Shown piece by piece: positions 49,401 to 62,850 of a stretch of 64,000 nucleotides of DNA. Position numbers and translations under genes: made by a program. The number at the start of each line of letters is the position of its first letter. The first letter of the stretch is position 1. The notes below the pieces were generated by a model that saw nothing but the letters and a program-made list of their open reading frames with translations, made no database searches and was not told the DNA's origin. Source of the stretch: Prorocentrum cordatum (lineage: Eukaryota). The stretch covers positions 124,001 to 188,000 of the forward strand of contig CAUYUJ010000092.1 in assembly GCA_963575745.1 (NCBI GenBank). The letters are read 5' to 3'.

Positions 49401-52400
49401 GCTGAGCGTGCTCATTGGAGGCAAGCTTGGCGTGCTGAAGATGCTCCGCGTGAGGTCCCAGGAGTTCCTCTGCCGTTCAAGGCGCCTGCCCCGCCTGCTG
49501 CCCCAGGGGAAAAGCTTCGGACCATCAGTCTGAAATTCAAATCTGGCACTTGTGTTCCTGATGGTTTCCATCCGCGGCACTTCTCGATGCTTTCTAGAGC
49601 TGGTTTAGATATCTGATCTAGCATGTATCATCTTATGGATGTGGTTGGTCAGGCACCTTTATGCATGCAGCAGCCGGTGGTCTTCCTGATGCCGCAGGTC
49701 AACAAAGGACGGCGGCCGATAGGACACTACAGCGGCTTCACTAGGCTCCATGGAAAGACTCACAGGGCCCCGTGCAGGGCCTGGGAAGCACCCTGTGGGC
49801 TCGGAGCGGAGTTCTCCATGGGGCAGGGAAGGTCCGCGCTCGACGCGGTCTGGAGGCAGAGCACGCGCGCGGAAATGCACACGGGGCTCCATGTTCACTA
49901 CTGCACGCTCCTGTGGGATCCCCTGAAGTTCTATGAGCACATACAACACCACATCTTGGGCAGAGAAGCTGTAAAAGCTGGTTCCCCCATGTATGTGTTA
50001 GCTTTTACTACGGGGACTTGTTCGTGGAAGCGGCCCTTGCTTCTGGATTGGGGCCTATGCTGATGTTTCATGGCCCACGAGGGGTATTGTTGCTGGGAGT
50101 ACTTCGGCCACGTACGAGGCCAAGGCTTTCATGCTCCCCTCAGTCCTCGCTGGGCCCAACTTTGAGCGCACGTCTCAGGCGTTGCACGTGGGCGACCTCT
50201 CTCTGCGCTCTCGGCATGAGTCCATGGAGTTGTGCGTTGGCCAGCTCAAGTCTTTGGCAGTTTTTCTTGCGCGCCAGATCAATGACGCGCTGCAGGCGCC
50301 ACTGGCGATCAAGAAGATGTATGCAGCAGCCAATGGCAGCAATATGTTGACTCTGGTCCTGGATCGGCTTCAGGAGTTGGCTGGGGCACCTGAGTGGAGC
50401 CCAGCCAACCTAGGTGTTTCTTTCACTGCTGGACGCCACCAGCAGCAACCTTTTGCTCGAGCTGTTCGTAGGCAGCGTATGCGGACGTTCAGGCACAAGA
50501 ATACCAGGCGGGGGTCCCTCAAAATACCCAGGAAGCTCAAAGCCATGTTATTCCAAACAAGTCTTCTTCCCACTGTATCCTTTGGGATGGAAGTCCAGGG
50601 CATTACTCCGTACGTAATCCTTGGGCTCAGAAGGTCAGCGGGGAAAGCGCATGGCGTGGCCAAGAGGGGCCAAAAGTGGCGTTGTCCAAATGGGAAGGTG
50701 ACCCACTTTCGTTGGCCCCAGGTCCCCTCAGGAGGTACTCTTGGGAACGGCGGCAGATTTCTCAACCGGGGCCCCAAGGAGGTCCTCGACATGCAGATGC
50801 TCTCTCGCCAGGTGAACTGAGCAGGGCCTTCCACGCAGCCCCCCTTCAGGTCTCTCAGTCCAAGGGTCGCCCCTGGCTTTATAGGACTCGAGGGCCAGTC
50901 AGTGCTATGCTTCTGTTGTTGGAGAGGGCTGGGTGGCCCCGGGAAGGAGCGGCCACTTTCGTTTGTCCTCACGGGAGGAGGCGGGTCCTCACCGAGAGCC
51001 CACCGCAGCAAGTTGCGGCTGCATTCACTCGTGATTTAGCTCATGTCTATTTCTCGAAGTTTTTAGATTAGTTGGATCCTTCTTTAGCTGGAGGTCTGCG
51101 GCTACCTGCTATGCAACGTGCGGCGAAAGCCCTCCCAGCTGCGCATAGCCATCTGTACAGACAGGTGGTTGCGAATGCTCTTCCGACATGTCAGGCCCTC
51201 ACAAGATGGGGATACAGAGTCGAGCATGAGCGCCCTCTCTGTGGGCAGCCAGTAGACAGCTTCTGGCATCGTGCGTGGCTGTGTGAGCATGAGTTGCCTG
51301 CTGGAGTTCGTCGGCAGCACTTTAGTGCAGAAGTGATTTCACAAATCATTCAAGCTGGCCCCAATTCGCCGCTTGCGTCGAGGCTTTTGATTGGATCTCT
51401 GGAGCCCCCGACCCCTTCCGACGACTGGGACTTACGGTTTTTCGAAGGGTCGTCGGGCACTCCGCGCGCCCCGTTCTGGTTTGAGCTCGACGATAATGTT
51501 TTCACGGACGGGAGCTGCTATCGCGGAGACCGTGAGGAGATAGCTCGTGGTGGTTTTGCCGCCGTCCAAATGTCTGGTGAGCGTGTTGTGAGGGGAGTGC
51601 ATGGCCCTTTGCCTGCACGCTTTGAGCAAACCTCAGGTGTCTCAGAGCATGCTGCCCTGGCTGTCGCAGTGCGCAGGCGAGTTCCCCATGGGACCGATGA
51701 GAGACCCACCCCCGTCGTCGTCGATTACCAGTAGTTGTTTCGAGGGGTTGATGCCCCCGCCAAGGCTCTCTCGGGATCCTCGCCCTTTAGTTCCTTCTGG
51801 AGGGAGATTTCCAGGCATCTCGGCCACGAGTCTCCGTGGGTGACTTTGAAGTAGGTCAAGGCCCACCAGCGCGTGACTGACGATATGCATCAGGCAACTC
51901 GAGAGCTCGCCCAGGGCTCGCGCGCGGTTGATTGGTGGGCGAAGCAAGGTGCGAAACTCCATGACCTTGCCCCACCTGGGTTAGATGCTTTCGAGGACGC
52001 TGGAAATCAGCACTCTGCGTTGTGCATAGGAGTGTGTGATGTTTTAGCCGCAATTTCCGTCTACTGAATCTTTGCATGGGAAGCTCGAAAGGGCTCGCCC
52101 TCCTAGGGTTAGAGCCCCCAAGAGCCTCCACGTGCCCGTGCGCCATGGGGATGTCCTTCGGTGCACGCGGTGCCTCCGCATAGTAAATCCGACTTCCACC
52201 AGCCTCTGTGAAGATGTCAATCCTTCTCTCTCTCTGCCCTCCTCAGAGGGGGGGCGGGGGGGCGGCGCAAACTTCACTGGGCCAGAGAGTTGGAGTCGGA
52301 TATTCCATATGTGTTCTGCGTTTCTGCGGAGGTTTCGCTTCCTGTAAAGGGGGGGAGAAGCTCCGCAAGCCGCGCGCCCTCCCCAAGAAGAGCTCGGAGC

Positions 52401-52871
52401 GTTCCAAGTCCAAGCTTTTGAGGGGTGAGGTCCCAGGGCCCACCCATAGGCTTGGCCAGTCTTTCCCCTTCTCCCCCCTTCCCTCTTTCCCGCCCCCTCT
52501 CCCTCCGCCCCTTCCCGCCCCCGCCCAGGCTGGCCCAAGCTCTGGGGGGCCTGCTGCTGCTGCTGCTGCTGCCTCTCCTGGCCGTGCGGTTACGAGCCTA
52601 GCCCAGGTTCGAGCCGCCCGCGCCCCCCTCAGGCGGGGGGGGGACGAAGCTCCTCCATTTCCTGCCGTGGGAGCCAGGAGCCAGGCCAGCGGTGGCTCTG
52701 ACTGAGGGTCCTCTTTCTTTCTTTTCCTTGTTGTAGTGCGTTGAGTGCCCCGCGGATGTTCAGGCGCACTTCTGGTCGCCGAGGTCGCTGGAGGAGGAGG
52801 AGGTGGAGGTGGAGGAGGAGGCGGAGAAGGAGGAGGAGGGGGAGGAGCCGCCGGGGAGATCGGGATGACGT
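46403..52871 (+). mobile_element. Degenerate full-length non-LTR retrotransposon starting with DinoSL, flanked by a 20-bp direct repeat
   Basis: ORF1 46565-47602 (CPTCG..N...FCYHC finger, coiled coil); APE FFQEH, SGGTMV, IGGDFN, IDLFI, FSPHRPV; RT KGRRPIG, WDPLKFYE, LHVGDL; RNase H VFTDGSC; GGATCAAGTGGAGGAGGAGG at 46383-46402 and 52872-52891. Confidence 0.9.
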
Positions 52872-54486
52872 GGATCAAGTGGAGGAGGAGGAGGAGGAGG
52901 AAGAGGAGGAGGAGGAGGAGGAGGAGGAGGAGGAGGACGGATGATCTCTTCCAGGACGGCGGAAGAGGTGTACATAGTGAGACAGCGTGGGCAACAACGG
53001 TGAATTGGGAGATCTCTGGTAGCGAAGTTGCAACCCGGGTGCAACTTCGCAGTCCCAGTTGCAACTGGGGTGCATTCAGTTGCTCCGCCAATTGCTTCGT
53101 GGGCCTCCGAGGCCTCTTGGAAGCATGTCGGAGGTCTTTTGGTGCATATTGAGCGATTTGGAACCATATCGAAGCCATTGACTACGCCATGACACCTTGC
53201 TCCCCACCACCCCCACCCACACCCACCCTGCAGACCCAGGGGAGGAGATGTGAAAGGGGAGGGGTCAAGTCCCAAGCAGGAAGGCCGTAAGCCAGCTCGC
53301 TCACTTCACCCCGCCGTCCACAATCTGAGTAGCACCCGAGACTGGGCGTTGGCAGCTGTCGCCATCCAATTGATGCAAGCGGGAACCAACACAGTCGCCA
53401 AGTGCGCCATTCTCTCGCGGTGCGCCAGGCGTGCCAGGCGCGCCGCTCGCGCCAGGTGAGCCAGGTGCCCGGGCGTGCCAGGCATGCCTGCGGCAGAAGG
53501 GACACGTCTGCCACGTGCTGCAGGCTCGCCACGTGCGCAACGGGCGCGGGGTGCTCAACGTGCGCCAGTGGACATGGCAGCACACATCGCGCAATACGTC
53601 GACAAACCCACCACCCCAGCCAAGAACAAGTGATAGGTGATTGTGAGGCGGCCAGCGTCGACCACTGAATATGAGTTTGGCAAGGATGGTGGGCCATCGA
53701 ACTGCGGAGTGTTTGGTTGACCAAAGCATTCGCAAAATGATGGGTGGATGGTTGGTGATGGTTCAATGTTGCATTGCTTTGACAGGGATGGCGGGGGGAC
53801 GCATTTTTGTTCTGGCGGCCACTCGGTTGGGGGAGCGAGACGTGAATTAATTTGGAGCGGTGGTAGACCCCTCCCAGAAGGATAAAAAAAAGGCTTAGAA
53901 GACCTGATGCGGTAAATCGCCTATGCCCAGATGGTTGGTGGGATTGGGCTTGCGGTTGGGGTCTGGCTTGTCTTGTGAAAATGCATTATGATTGGCGCGC
54001 CGATCAAGTTGTTTTCGTGGCTCGGGCGCTGGCCCGTCGCGCGCACATGCAATGCCATGCTAAAAGGTATGATGCGCAATGACGCGCTACCCCGTGCTGT
54101 GATACGCTGAGCCAGGTGGTGTTTGCCAGGCCATGTTGCGCGATGCATGCCATGAACTGCTATCATGAGCTGTGCCAATCACTGCAACGTCTGGCCATGC
54201 TGTGTTGCGTATTGTTTGGCCGTGCCTCACGATGCAAATACATGCATGCGTTTATGTATATACGTCACCATATAGACATACGCATTTACACGTGCACATA
54301 GATGCACACGCAAGAGTGCATTGGCGTTTCGCGCCATGCGCTTTGGCCTTGCAGGATCGGAGCGCAGGCGGCAGGCGGTGCGCGGGCAAGAGAGAGCGAG
54401 ATACAAAGAGAGCGAGAGAGAGAGAGAGAGAAGACCCGACAGGACGAATGTTTCGTGGTGGCGTTCGCCCCATCGTTGTTACAACT

Positions 54487-54487
<1 letters not shown>

Positions 54488-54538
<51 letters not shown>
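54488..54538. repeat. (AT)n microsatellite
   Basis: Direct reading. Confidence 0.95.
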
Positions 54539-54539
<1 letters not shown>

Positions 54540-57176
54540 GCCTGTCCTTCATGTTGGCTCTTCATTTTCATTCGTCGTTTGCGAACGCGTCCCTGTTTAC
54601 AAGTTTCAGGTAGTATTGAATCGTTTCGCTCATTCCGCCGGCCCGTATTGCGCCATCGCGGGCGTTTGCTTGCGCGGTCGCGAGCCAGGCGGCGCTGGTG
54701 GGCCGTGGTCGTTTTCCAGCGGCGTTGCGGCAGAAGGCATGGGGATGAAACAGTTTGTTTGGAGTTTGTTGTGGGGGCTTCGGCCTCTACTGTCTTACGA
54801 GGTGGCTATCGAAGACGCCTACGGCGAATCACCGCCGCCCCCTGCCTTTTTGGAAACGCCGATGTGGCCGAAAGTTGGACTAGAGCTTGGCCAAGCTATC
54901 GGACCATGAGTTCCCCGAGTCGGTTTGGAAAGCTTTCGGGGAACACATGGGAGATAATGATTATGAACAGGAAGAGGAAGAGGAAGAAATAGAGTAGGAT
55001 GATGAGGGTTGCTTGGAGTCTCTTGGGGCACCCTTGGGGTCTGTTGGGAGCTTCTTGGGGGCCTCTTCGAGGCCTCTTGGAGGCATCTTGGGGGCCTCCT
55101 TGGGCCTCTTGGGGGCCTTTGGGGGCTTCCTGGGGGTCTCTTTGGCCGTCTTAGGGCGTTCCTGGTCCGTCTGACGCCGTCTGGAGCCGTCTTGGGGGCC
55201 TCTCTGGGCCGTCTTGGGGCCCTCTTGGGGCGCTTCAGGGCCGTCTTGGAGGCCATGTTGGGCGTCTTGGAGGCCTCTTGGGCCGTCTTGGGGCGCTCTT
55301 GGGGCCGTCTTGGGGGGCCCTTGGGCCGTCATAGGGCCTTCTTGGAGGCCTCTTGGGCGATCTTGGGGGCCTCTTGGGCCGTCGGAAGGCCGAAAAGAAG
55401 AAAACGCAAAAAAAAAAAACCTTCACAAACCTAAGGAAAACCAATGATTTTGGCCTCTTCGGGCTCTCCTGAAGAACGTCTTGGAGGCCTCTTGGGCCAT
55501 CTTGGAGGCATCTTGGGGCCATCTTGGCCGTCTTGGAGGGCATCTTGGGCCGTCTTGGAGGCATCTTGGAGCCATCTTACCCGTCTTGGAGGCCATCTTG
55601 GCCGTCTTGGAAGCATCTTGGAGGCCATCTTGGGCCATCTTGGCCGTCTTGGAGGCCATCTTGGGCCAAGTTGGGGCAACAAAGGCATTGACATATGGAT
55701 TTTCGGAAACTTACGGGTGGCCGGCGGGACGGGCCGAAGCCCACTGGGGAGTTCTTTTAGAAAAAGAACCAAAACCAAAACCTGAAACATCCAGCGCGCC
55801 GTGCACCCCGAAGGGGGCGGCGGATCTAGTGGTGTTCGGCCCATCCCGCCACCGCGCCTGGGTTGTAGGTCAGAGGCCTCTTGGATGTTCGTTGAGATCT
55901 CGTGGCAGGCCTTTTCGATGGGTTTCTTTGGAGGCAGTTTTGAGGGTTCTTGGGGGCTGTCGGGGGGCTTCTTGGGGCTTCTGTTTAGGCCTCTTGGGGT
56001 CTCCTACAGGCCTCTTGGGGCCTCATGGGGGCTGCTTGGGGCGGAAGTCTCGAATTGTCGTTTCGTGTTCCCTCTCTTGGGTCCCTCTTGGGGCCCTCTC
56101 GGGGCTCTCTTGGGCCGTTCGGGCGTCTCGCGGGCCGTTTTGTTGCTGCTGCTGCTGCTGCTCCTCCTCCTCCTGCTCCTCTTCCTCCTCCTCCTCTGAG
56201 TTTTGCAGGGATTCCTGTATGTTGTCGGGGTTCCTGAGGTTTCGCCCGGGGCCCGTCCCACCCCACTCTGGGAGGAAACATGAGGAGGAAGAGGAGAAAA
56301 TGGAGGAGAAGGAGGCGGGGCAGGGATATGAGGGAGGGAGGGGCGGATAGAAGGAGGTGGGGGCGGGGGATGACGAGGGCGACCACTTCGAGGAGGATGG
56401 GGGCAGTCGTGCTTGACATCCCACATCATGCACGTTGCCGAATGCATACACATGTGGGCCGTTTGGGGATCGGTGATGTATGTGCGGTTTGTCCATGATT
56501 CATATTGTTGGTTGTGTTTACGGAAGACACGCCACCGACAACCTTTCAGAATTCACGCTGACCGCCAGAGCCCCCCCACACATTTCCAGGACCACCCCAA
56601 TCTCATCCTGATCCAATCGAAATTGGGGGAAAACGCAGTGAAGGATCCAAGGGTGAGGGACGCGACAAAAACTGAGTGTTGGGGATCTGGGGAGGGGGCA
56701 TCTCGGAGAGCTCATGGATGTTTCTGGGAGTTTCTTCTAGGAGCATCAAGGGGCTTCTCAGGAGGAATACTTGTGACCCTTTTGGGAGCCCTTGGAGGCT
56801 TCTGGGAAGCTTTTTGGGAGCTCTTGGAGGCCTCGTGGGGTTTTGGGAGCCCTTGGAAGCTTCGTTGGAGCTTCTCGGGAACTTTGGGAGGCCTCGTGGA
56901 TGGCTCTGGGTGGGCCCTTTTGGTGGTCTCTTGGGGGGGGGTGCCTGGCCTCTTGGGGGCCTCTTGGGAGCTTCCTGGGTGTCTCTTAGGGGCCTTTTGG
57001 GGCTTTCTTGCGGCCTGTTTGGGGCCTCTTGGGGCTCTCTTGGGGGCTTCGTGGAGCTACTTGGGGGCTTGTGGGGGCCTTTCGGGGGCGCGTTTGGGCG
57101 GGGGGTTCAAAATTTCCGTTCAGGTTGCCTCTGTGAACCTCAATCATGGGGCCGTATTGGGGCCTCTTGGACCGTC

Positions 57177-57910
57177 TTGAGCGTTTCTTGGGCCTTCTTG
57201 GAGCGCTATTGGGCCGTCTTTGAGCGGTCTTGAGGGTCTCTCGGGCCGTTTTGGGGTGATCTTTGGGGCCTCTTGGGCCGCCTTGAAAGGTGTGAAAGAC
57301 GAAGAGGCGGATATGTTAAACATACACGTTTTCCTAAGGGAATGAGACGATTTTTGCTACAAGGAGCCTTCTTGGGACGCCGCTTAGGGGCCTCTTGGGG
57401 ACCTCTTGGGGCGTCTTGACGGCCTGTTGGGCCATCTTGAAGCCGTCGTAGGCGCTTGGGAGTAATATTTCGGCGTCTCCCGGCTCTCTTGGACCGTCTG
57501 GAGGGCTTCTCGGGCCCCTCTTGGACCGATTTGGAGCCGTCCTGGGCTCCGAAACAGAGTTCTTGAGGGTTTCTTGGGCCTTCTTGGAGCGTTCTTGGGC
57601 CGTCTTTGAGCGGTCTTGAGGGTCTCTCGGGCCGTCTGGGGGTGATCTTGGGGGCCTTTTGGACCGCCTTGAAAGGTGTGAAAGACGAAGAGGCGGATAT
57701 GTTAACAATGCACGCTTTCCTAAGGGAATGGGACGATTGTTGCTTGTGGGAGCCCTCTCGGGGCGCCGCTTAGGGACCTCTTGGGGCGTCTTGAAGGCCT
57801 GTTGGGCCGTCTTGAGGCCATCGCAGGCGCTTGGGAGTGATATTTCGGCGTTCCCCGGCTCTCTTGGACCGTCTGGAGGGCTTCTCGGGCCTCTCTTGGA
57901 CCGTTTGGAG
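57177..57910. repeat. Tandem duplication, ~386-bp unit x2
   Basis: ccgccttgaaaggtgtgaaagacgaagaggcggatatgttaa at ~57278 and ~57664. Confidence 0.9.
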
Positions 57911-59910
57911 CCCTCCGCTCCGAAAAGGGACCTTGCCGGGAGTCTGCCGTTAGCCTGCCGGGACCTTGCCGGGGTACTTTTCGTCCGGGGACCCCCAGGG
58001 CCCGCCCCGCGCGCGCGAACTAGAAATATTGTTGAGCAGTTACCGGAGATCTTAGCACGCCTCTGGCCCGTTGGGCCGGCGAATTGCGTGGCCTCGTCCG
58101 TGTCTTTCTGTTGCGGGAATCTCGCGAGAGTTGTTTTGGGGGTTTGGGTGGTTGTCGAGTGCCTGTTGGGTTATGCTGGAAGTTGCTTGGGATCCTTCAG
58201 CGTTTCCATGGGCGCAGTCCTGGACCCCGCCTTCCAATGTATGCGATTTAAGGTGCGAGAAATCGAACTGTCCGAAGGCATTCACACAGACATGGGAAGT
58301 TGCACGGGAAGAACACAAGCAATCGGATTTAAATATTCAGAAAACACCACTCGTCGGATAACCAAATCAAACATCATGCATACGTGAGTTTGTGCATGAT
58401 AAGGGCACAGAGCCATCCGTGCGATAGGAAAACCAGACAGGCTCATGTGAAGCATTGCACCTACCGCATGTGTAGGGATCCAACTAAGAGGTCCGAATCC
58501 GACGACCCCTTGGGGACCCAGTTTCTGGGAGCAGTCGTGAGCACAGAAGGGGGAAGCACGAATGGAGTGAGAGGCGAGTCCCTGTTGTTGGGCGCATCCG
58601 GGTTCTCTTACAGGCCCTTCTGGACCATTGGGGGGGGGGAGGAGGGAGGGGAGGAAGGAGGAGGAGGAGGAGGACGAGGAGGAGGAGGAGGAGGAGGAGG
58701 AGGAGGAGGAGGAGGAGGGAGGAGGAGGGAGGAGGAGGAGGAGGAGGAGGAGGAGGAGGAGGAGGAGGAGGAGGAGGAGGAGGACGTCCGAGCGACCGTC
58801 GTGGGGCCTTTTTGGGCAGTTTTGGGGGCCCTTGAGGGCTGTCTCTGGGCGCTCTGGCCGGCGTGGGGCTTCCTGGGGTTCTCTTGGGAGCCTCTTGGGG
58901 CCGTCGTGGGCTTCTCGTGGGCCGTCGAGGGGCTCTCTGGGGCTGTCTTGGGGCCCTTTTTGGGGGGCTTTGTGGGAGCCTCTGGTTCCGTTTTGGGGGC
59001 GATCCGAGGGGGCCTCTCGAGCCGTTCTGGAGCCGTGGAAAACACCAAAGCGAGCATGGCTACACATGTGCGTTTTATTCAGGGAGTGGAGCTGCTTGGG
59101 CTTTTTGGGCGTTCGCTTGGGGGTCTTCGGGGCGTCTTAGGGGGACCTCTTGGACCGATTGGATCTACGCGAAGGCCTTTTTGGGCGTTTTGGGGGTCTC
59201 TTGAGCTGTCGTGGAGCCATCTGAGGCCGTCTTCGAACGCTTTTGTGCCGTCTTGGAACCGTAGTGGACCTCTTTGGGGCCGTATTGAGCGCCTGGGGTG
59301 GTCGAAATTCGCTCGGGGGGGTCACCGACCCTGCAAACAAATGTGAATAGGAATATGTATGTATAACTATCGAAGACGCCCGCGGCGAATCACCGCCGTC
59401 CCCTGCATTCTGGAAGCGGCTATCTGTGGCCGAACGTGGCGGCCAGAGCTCGGCTGAGCTGTCGGATGATGTGCTCCCCCAGCCGTTGCGGAAACCCTTC
59501 GGGGATCACGTGGGGCAGTCCGAAGAAGAGGAGGCGAGGGAGGAAAGAGGAGGAGGAGGAGGAGGAGGAGGAGGAGGAGGAGGAGGAGGAGGAGGAGGAG
59601 GAGGAGGAGGCGGAGGGCGCCTCGTGGGAGTCTCCTGGGGCACTCCTGGGGCCTCCTCGCTGGTTTCCCGGGGGCCTCTGGGAGGTTTCTTGGGTCGGGG
59701 GCCCCCAAACGGGGCGGTGACCGCACCGTGCGGTGAGTCTTGGAGGGTTTCGAGGTCACCGCACGGTCTGTCACCGCACCGTTGCGGGACTCCAAATTGG
59801 GGGCGTCGGGGGCCCCTGGGAGGTTTCTTGGGGGCGTCCCTCTGGGAGGTTTCTTAGGGGCGTCCTTGGGCGTCCTTGGGGGCCTTTGGAGACCCTTGGA
59901 AGGCTCAATG

Positions 59911-60103
59911 TCAGGCGATCGCAAACATGGACTAAGGGGGCGTGGATTAGCGACGGGTCCCATTTCCATTGGAAATCGCGGGGTTCAGTCGCCGAACGAG
60001 GCGGCACCAGCCGCATTTTGGGGAGGGCACCTCCCATGATCCATGGATTTGGTGACCGCGCGCCTAAACCATGGATCGCTAATCCGTGTTTGCGCGCCCC
60101 CGA
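59911..60103. mobile_element. MITE with 5-bp TSD CAATG
   Basis: caatg|tcaggcgatcgcaaacatgg...cgtgtttgcgcgcccccga|caatg. Confidence 0.85.
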
Positions 60104-61380
60104 CAATGGCAGTCTGAGAACGTTTCTAGTTCGTCTGACGCCGTCGGAAACCGTCTTGGGGGCCTCTCTGGGCCAAGTTGGGGCCCTCTCGGGGCGTTCT
60201 AGGGCCGTCTCGGAAGCCATCTTGGGCTTCTTGGGGGCGTCTTGGTCCGTCATGAGGCCATCTTGGAGGCCTCTTGGGGCGATCTTGAGGCCTCTTGAGC
60301 CGTCTTGGGCCGTCCGAAGGCCGAAATAAGCAAATACCCCAAATCCGTCCAAAACTGAAGGGGAATCAATGATTTCTGCTTCGTCGGGCCTTATTTGGGC
60401 CTTCCGGATAACCTATTGGAGGCCTCTGGGGCAGTCTTGGTAATTAGCCTGCTGGGGCCGTCCTGGGCCAGTTGAAGCCATGGTAGGCCGTCTTGCAGTC
60501 TTGGTGGATTCCTGGGCGGACTTGGACGCATCTTGGACCCTCTTGGGCTGTCTTGGAGGCCATCTTGGGCGAAGTTTGAGACCATATTGGGCCAGTTTGG
60601 CCGTCTTGGAGGCCATCACGGGGCCGTCATGGGCGGGGAAAACAACGACAGGCTGATTTTCCAGGTGGCTGCCGGGTTGGGCCGAGACCCCATTGGAAGT
60701 TCTTGAGAAACGAGCCATGGTTTTCAGAAATTTAGCACGTCGTGCACCATTTGTGATGAATCTCACCAGGGGGCGACGGACATAGTGGCCTTCCATCCTT
60801 CCCGCCACCGCGCCTGAGTTGTAGGTCAGAGGGTTTTTGGATGCATGTACGGATCTCTTGGGAGGCCTCTCGGATGCATCTTGGAGGCGCTTTTGGGGGT
60901 GTCTTGGGGCCTCTCGGGGGTCCCTTGGGGCCTCTTGGGCGCACCTCGGGGGCTTCTTGGGGGGATCGTGGGGCAATCTTGGGGCGAAATGCCAGTTCGT
61001 GCTCCCCATGTTGGACCCCTGTTGGGCCATCAGGGGACGATCTTAGGCGCCTCTTGTGCCGTCTCGGACGCTCTGAAGAGCGAAAAGGCGGTAATGCGAA
61101 AACCATACAACAACTATCCACCTTCCAAGGCCTCCAAGACGGCCCAAGAGGCACCCAAGGGAGCTCCAGGAAGGTCCCCAGGGCCGTCTGAAACCATGTT
61201 GGACATGCATGTCCCGATCAACGCGCCCTTGGCCTCTCGACAAGTCACGCGGGGACCCCCCTGAGAGCGCACATAACTCCGGACTGTGAGCCCCTGAAAG
61301 AATGCACAGAATTCAATACACAAAATTCGAATGGAACTGAGGACACTTCAATTCGGTCCTAAGGGCACGATGGCGGCTGT

Positions 61381-61655
61381 ATGTATACCTATATGTATAT
61401 ATACACACATATCGATACATACATATACATATGCACATACACATACATACATATACGTATGCATATACAGTTACGCATACACAAATGCACATACATACAC
61501 ATACACATACATATGCATATACATATACATATACATTTACATATACATATACAAATACCTATACATATACATATGCATAGACATATACATATACATACAC
61601 GTATACCTATACATTTACATAGACATAGACATAGGCATATACATATACATACATG
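61381..61655. repeat. (ATAC/ATATAC)n microsatellite
   Basis: Direct reading. Confidence 0.95.
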
Positions 61656-61769
61656 TACTGCGAGAGTCAATGTTACACAACGTTGTTGTGCCCTGATCTG
61701 CAAGGCGGTGTTGTGTTGTGCTTTGTTATGTCGTGCTCTGCCTTGTAGCGCATGACACCGCAGCGCGTT

Positions 61770-62850
61770 GCACATGTGCGCACTCATTAATAAGAATGCA
61801 CAGACTTCAGTTCGCGATAGATTCACTCGGAGGCTACACTTCGTTGCCAGCCACTTTGCTTCAATCGCCGACGGTGTTTGGAAGCATGTGCTGAGGAGTC
61901 TGGAGAGATGCTTCAGCGTCGATCACGCTGGGCGTCTGCGCGTGAGTTCTAATAACTTGTGCAACGTGCAACTTCCCTCCCGCATTGCTCAGCGTTGTAC
62001 TCGAAAGCTTTACTGCAATGCTAAAAGGATGCTTCTTGAGCAAGCCACGCTGGATTGACATGGGCATCTGCTCTGTCCGTCTGGGTCCTTCCTTTCTTGC
62101 ATCCACCGCGTCGAGGCGCAATGGACCTCTGGCTAAAAATGGAGCGCAGTGCAGCGAGGCTCGGCCTGAAGGTGCAGCTTAGCGCCAGGTCCAGATCTCT
62201 GACGTCTGGCTGGCGGAGATTCCCGAGCATACACTTTGACCAACGAAGGAGCGTGTGCTTCCTACGTTTTTGGGGGGCAACCTGGGGGCACGTTACCTGG
62301 GCATACGTTTGGTACCCCAGGGTGCAATGAGATGCAGGTATTTTGGATGGATGGATACAGCTTCGCGGGCGGACCGTCAGATATGTGTAGCATCCGTCCA
62401 GGGTAGGGTGAGTCGGTGATCGTGCGTGCCCGTCAGCGGGCGAGTTGACTCGCATTGGTGTTACCATCTGGTCGCCAGACGCCCCTGGACAGTGTGCTTG
62501 GGGGGGTCCCACTGGTATTCAGAGCGCGCCCCTTAGAGTGATCACGTACGCTCGGTGTGGAAACGTTACTGCCCAGGCTCTTGGACCTGCTGTTGCTAAC
62601 CTTTCTTAGTGTTGGCCCTATGCTTGCCTCCTGACGCATGCACCCAGGAAGCAGCTTGTGGGCGTGATCCAGGAGGGCTCATGTGGGTTGCAGTCGATTG
62701 CCCGTAAGCACCTGTCCAGAAGACGAGCGGTGGTTCAGCCGAACAGATAGCGATGGGAGCGGTCTTTCGCCACCTTTGGTCACCCGTTGCGCAGCAGGAG
62801 TTTTTCCCACGAGCTGAAAGTGATACCCCTGCCAAGGCTGACAACAGTGT
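61770..62850 (-). mobile_element. Highly degenerate antisense LINE 3' fragment (RNase H region)
   Basis: Minus-strand remnants VFWTGA, HISDGP (DG motif), VIRTHA...PNTVGD resemble LINE RNase H. Confidence 0.45.

Larger units (their letters stand above)
54800..61200 (+). repeat. Complex satellite region built on TCTTGG(A/G)GGCC-like 8-11-bp units with recurring unique blocks
   Basis: Purest at 55480-55670; shared blocks ctatcgaagacgcc..cggcgaatcaccgccg (54807, 59367) and cccgccaccgcgcctg.gttgtaggtcagagg (55845, 60801). Confidence 0.8.

Noticed and set aside
54961..61264. Many Leu/Gly/Ala/Trp- or Pro/Arg-rich ORFs
   Set aside because: Products of the TCTTGGAGGCC satellite
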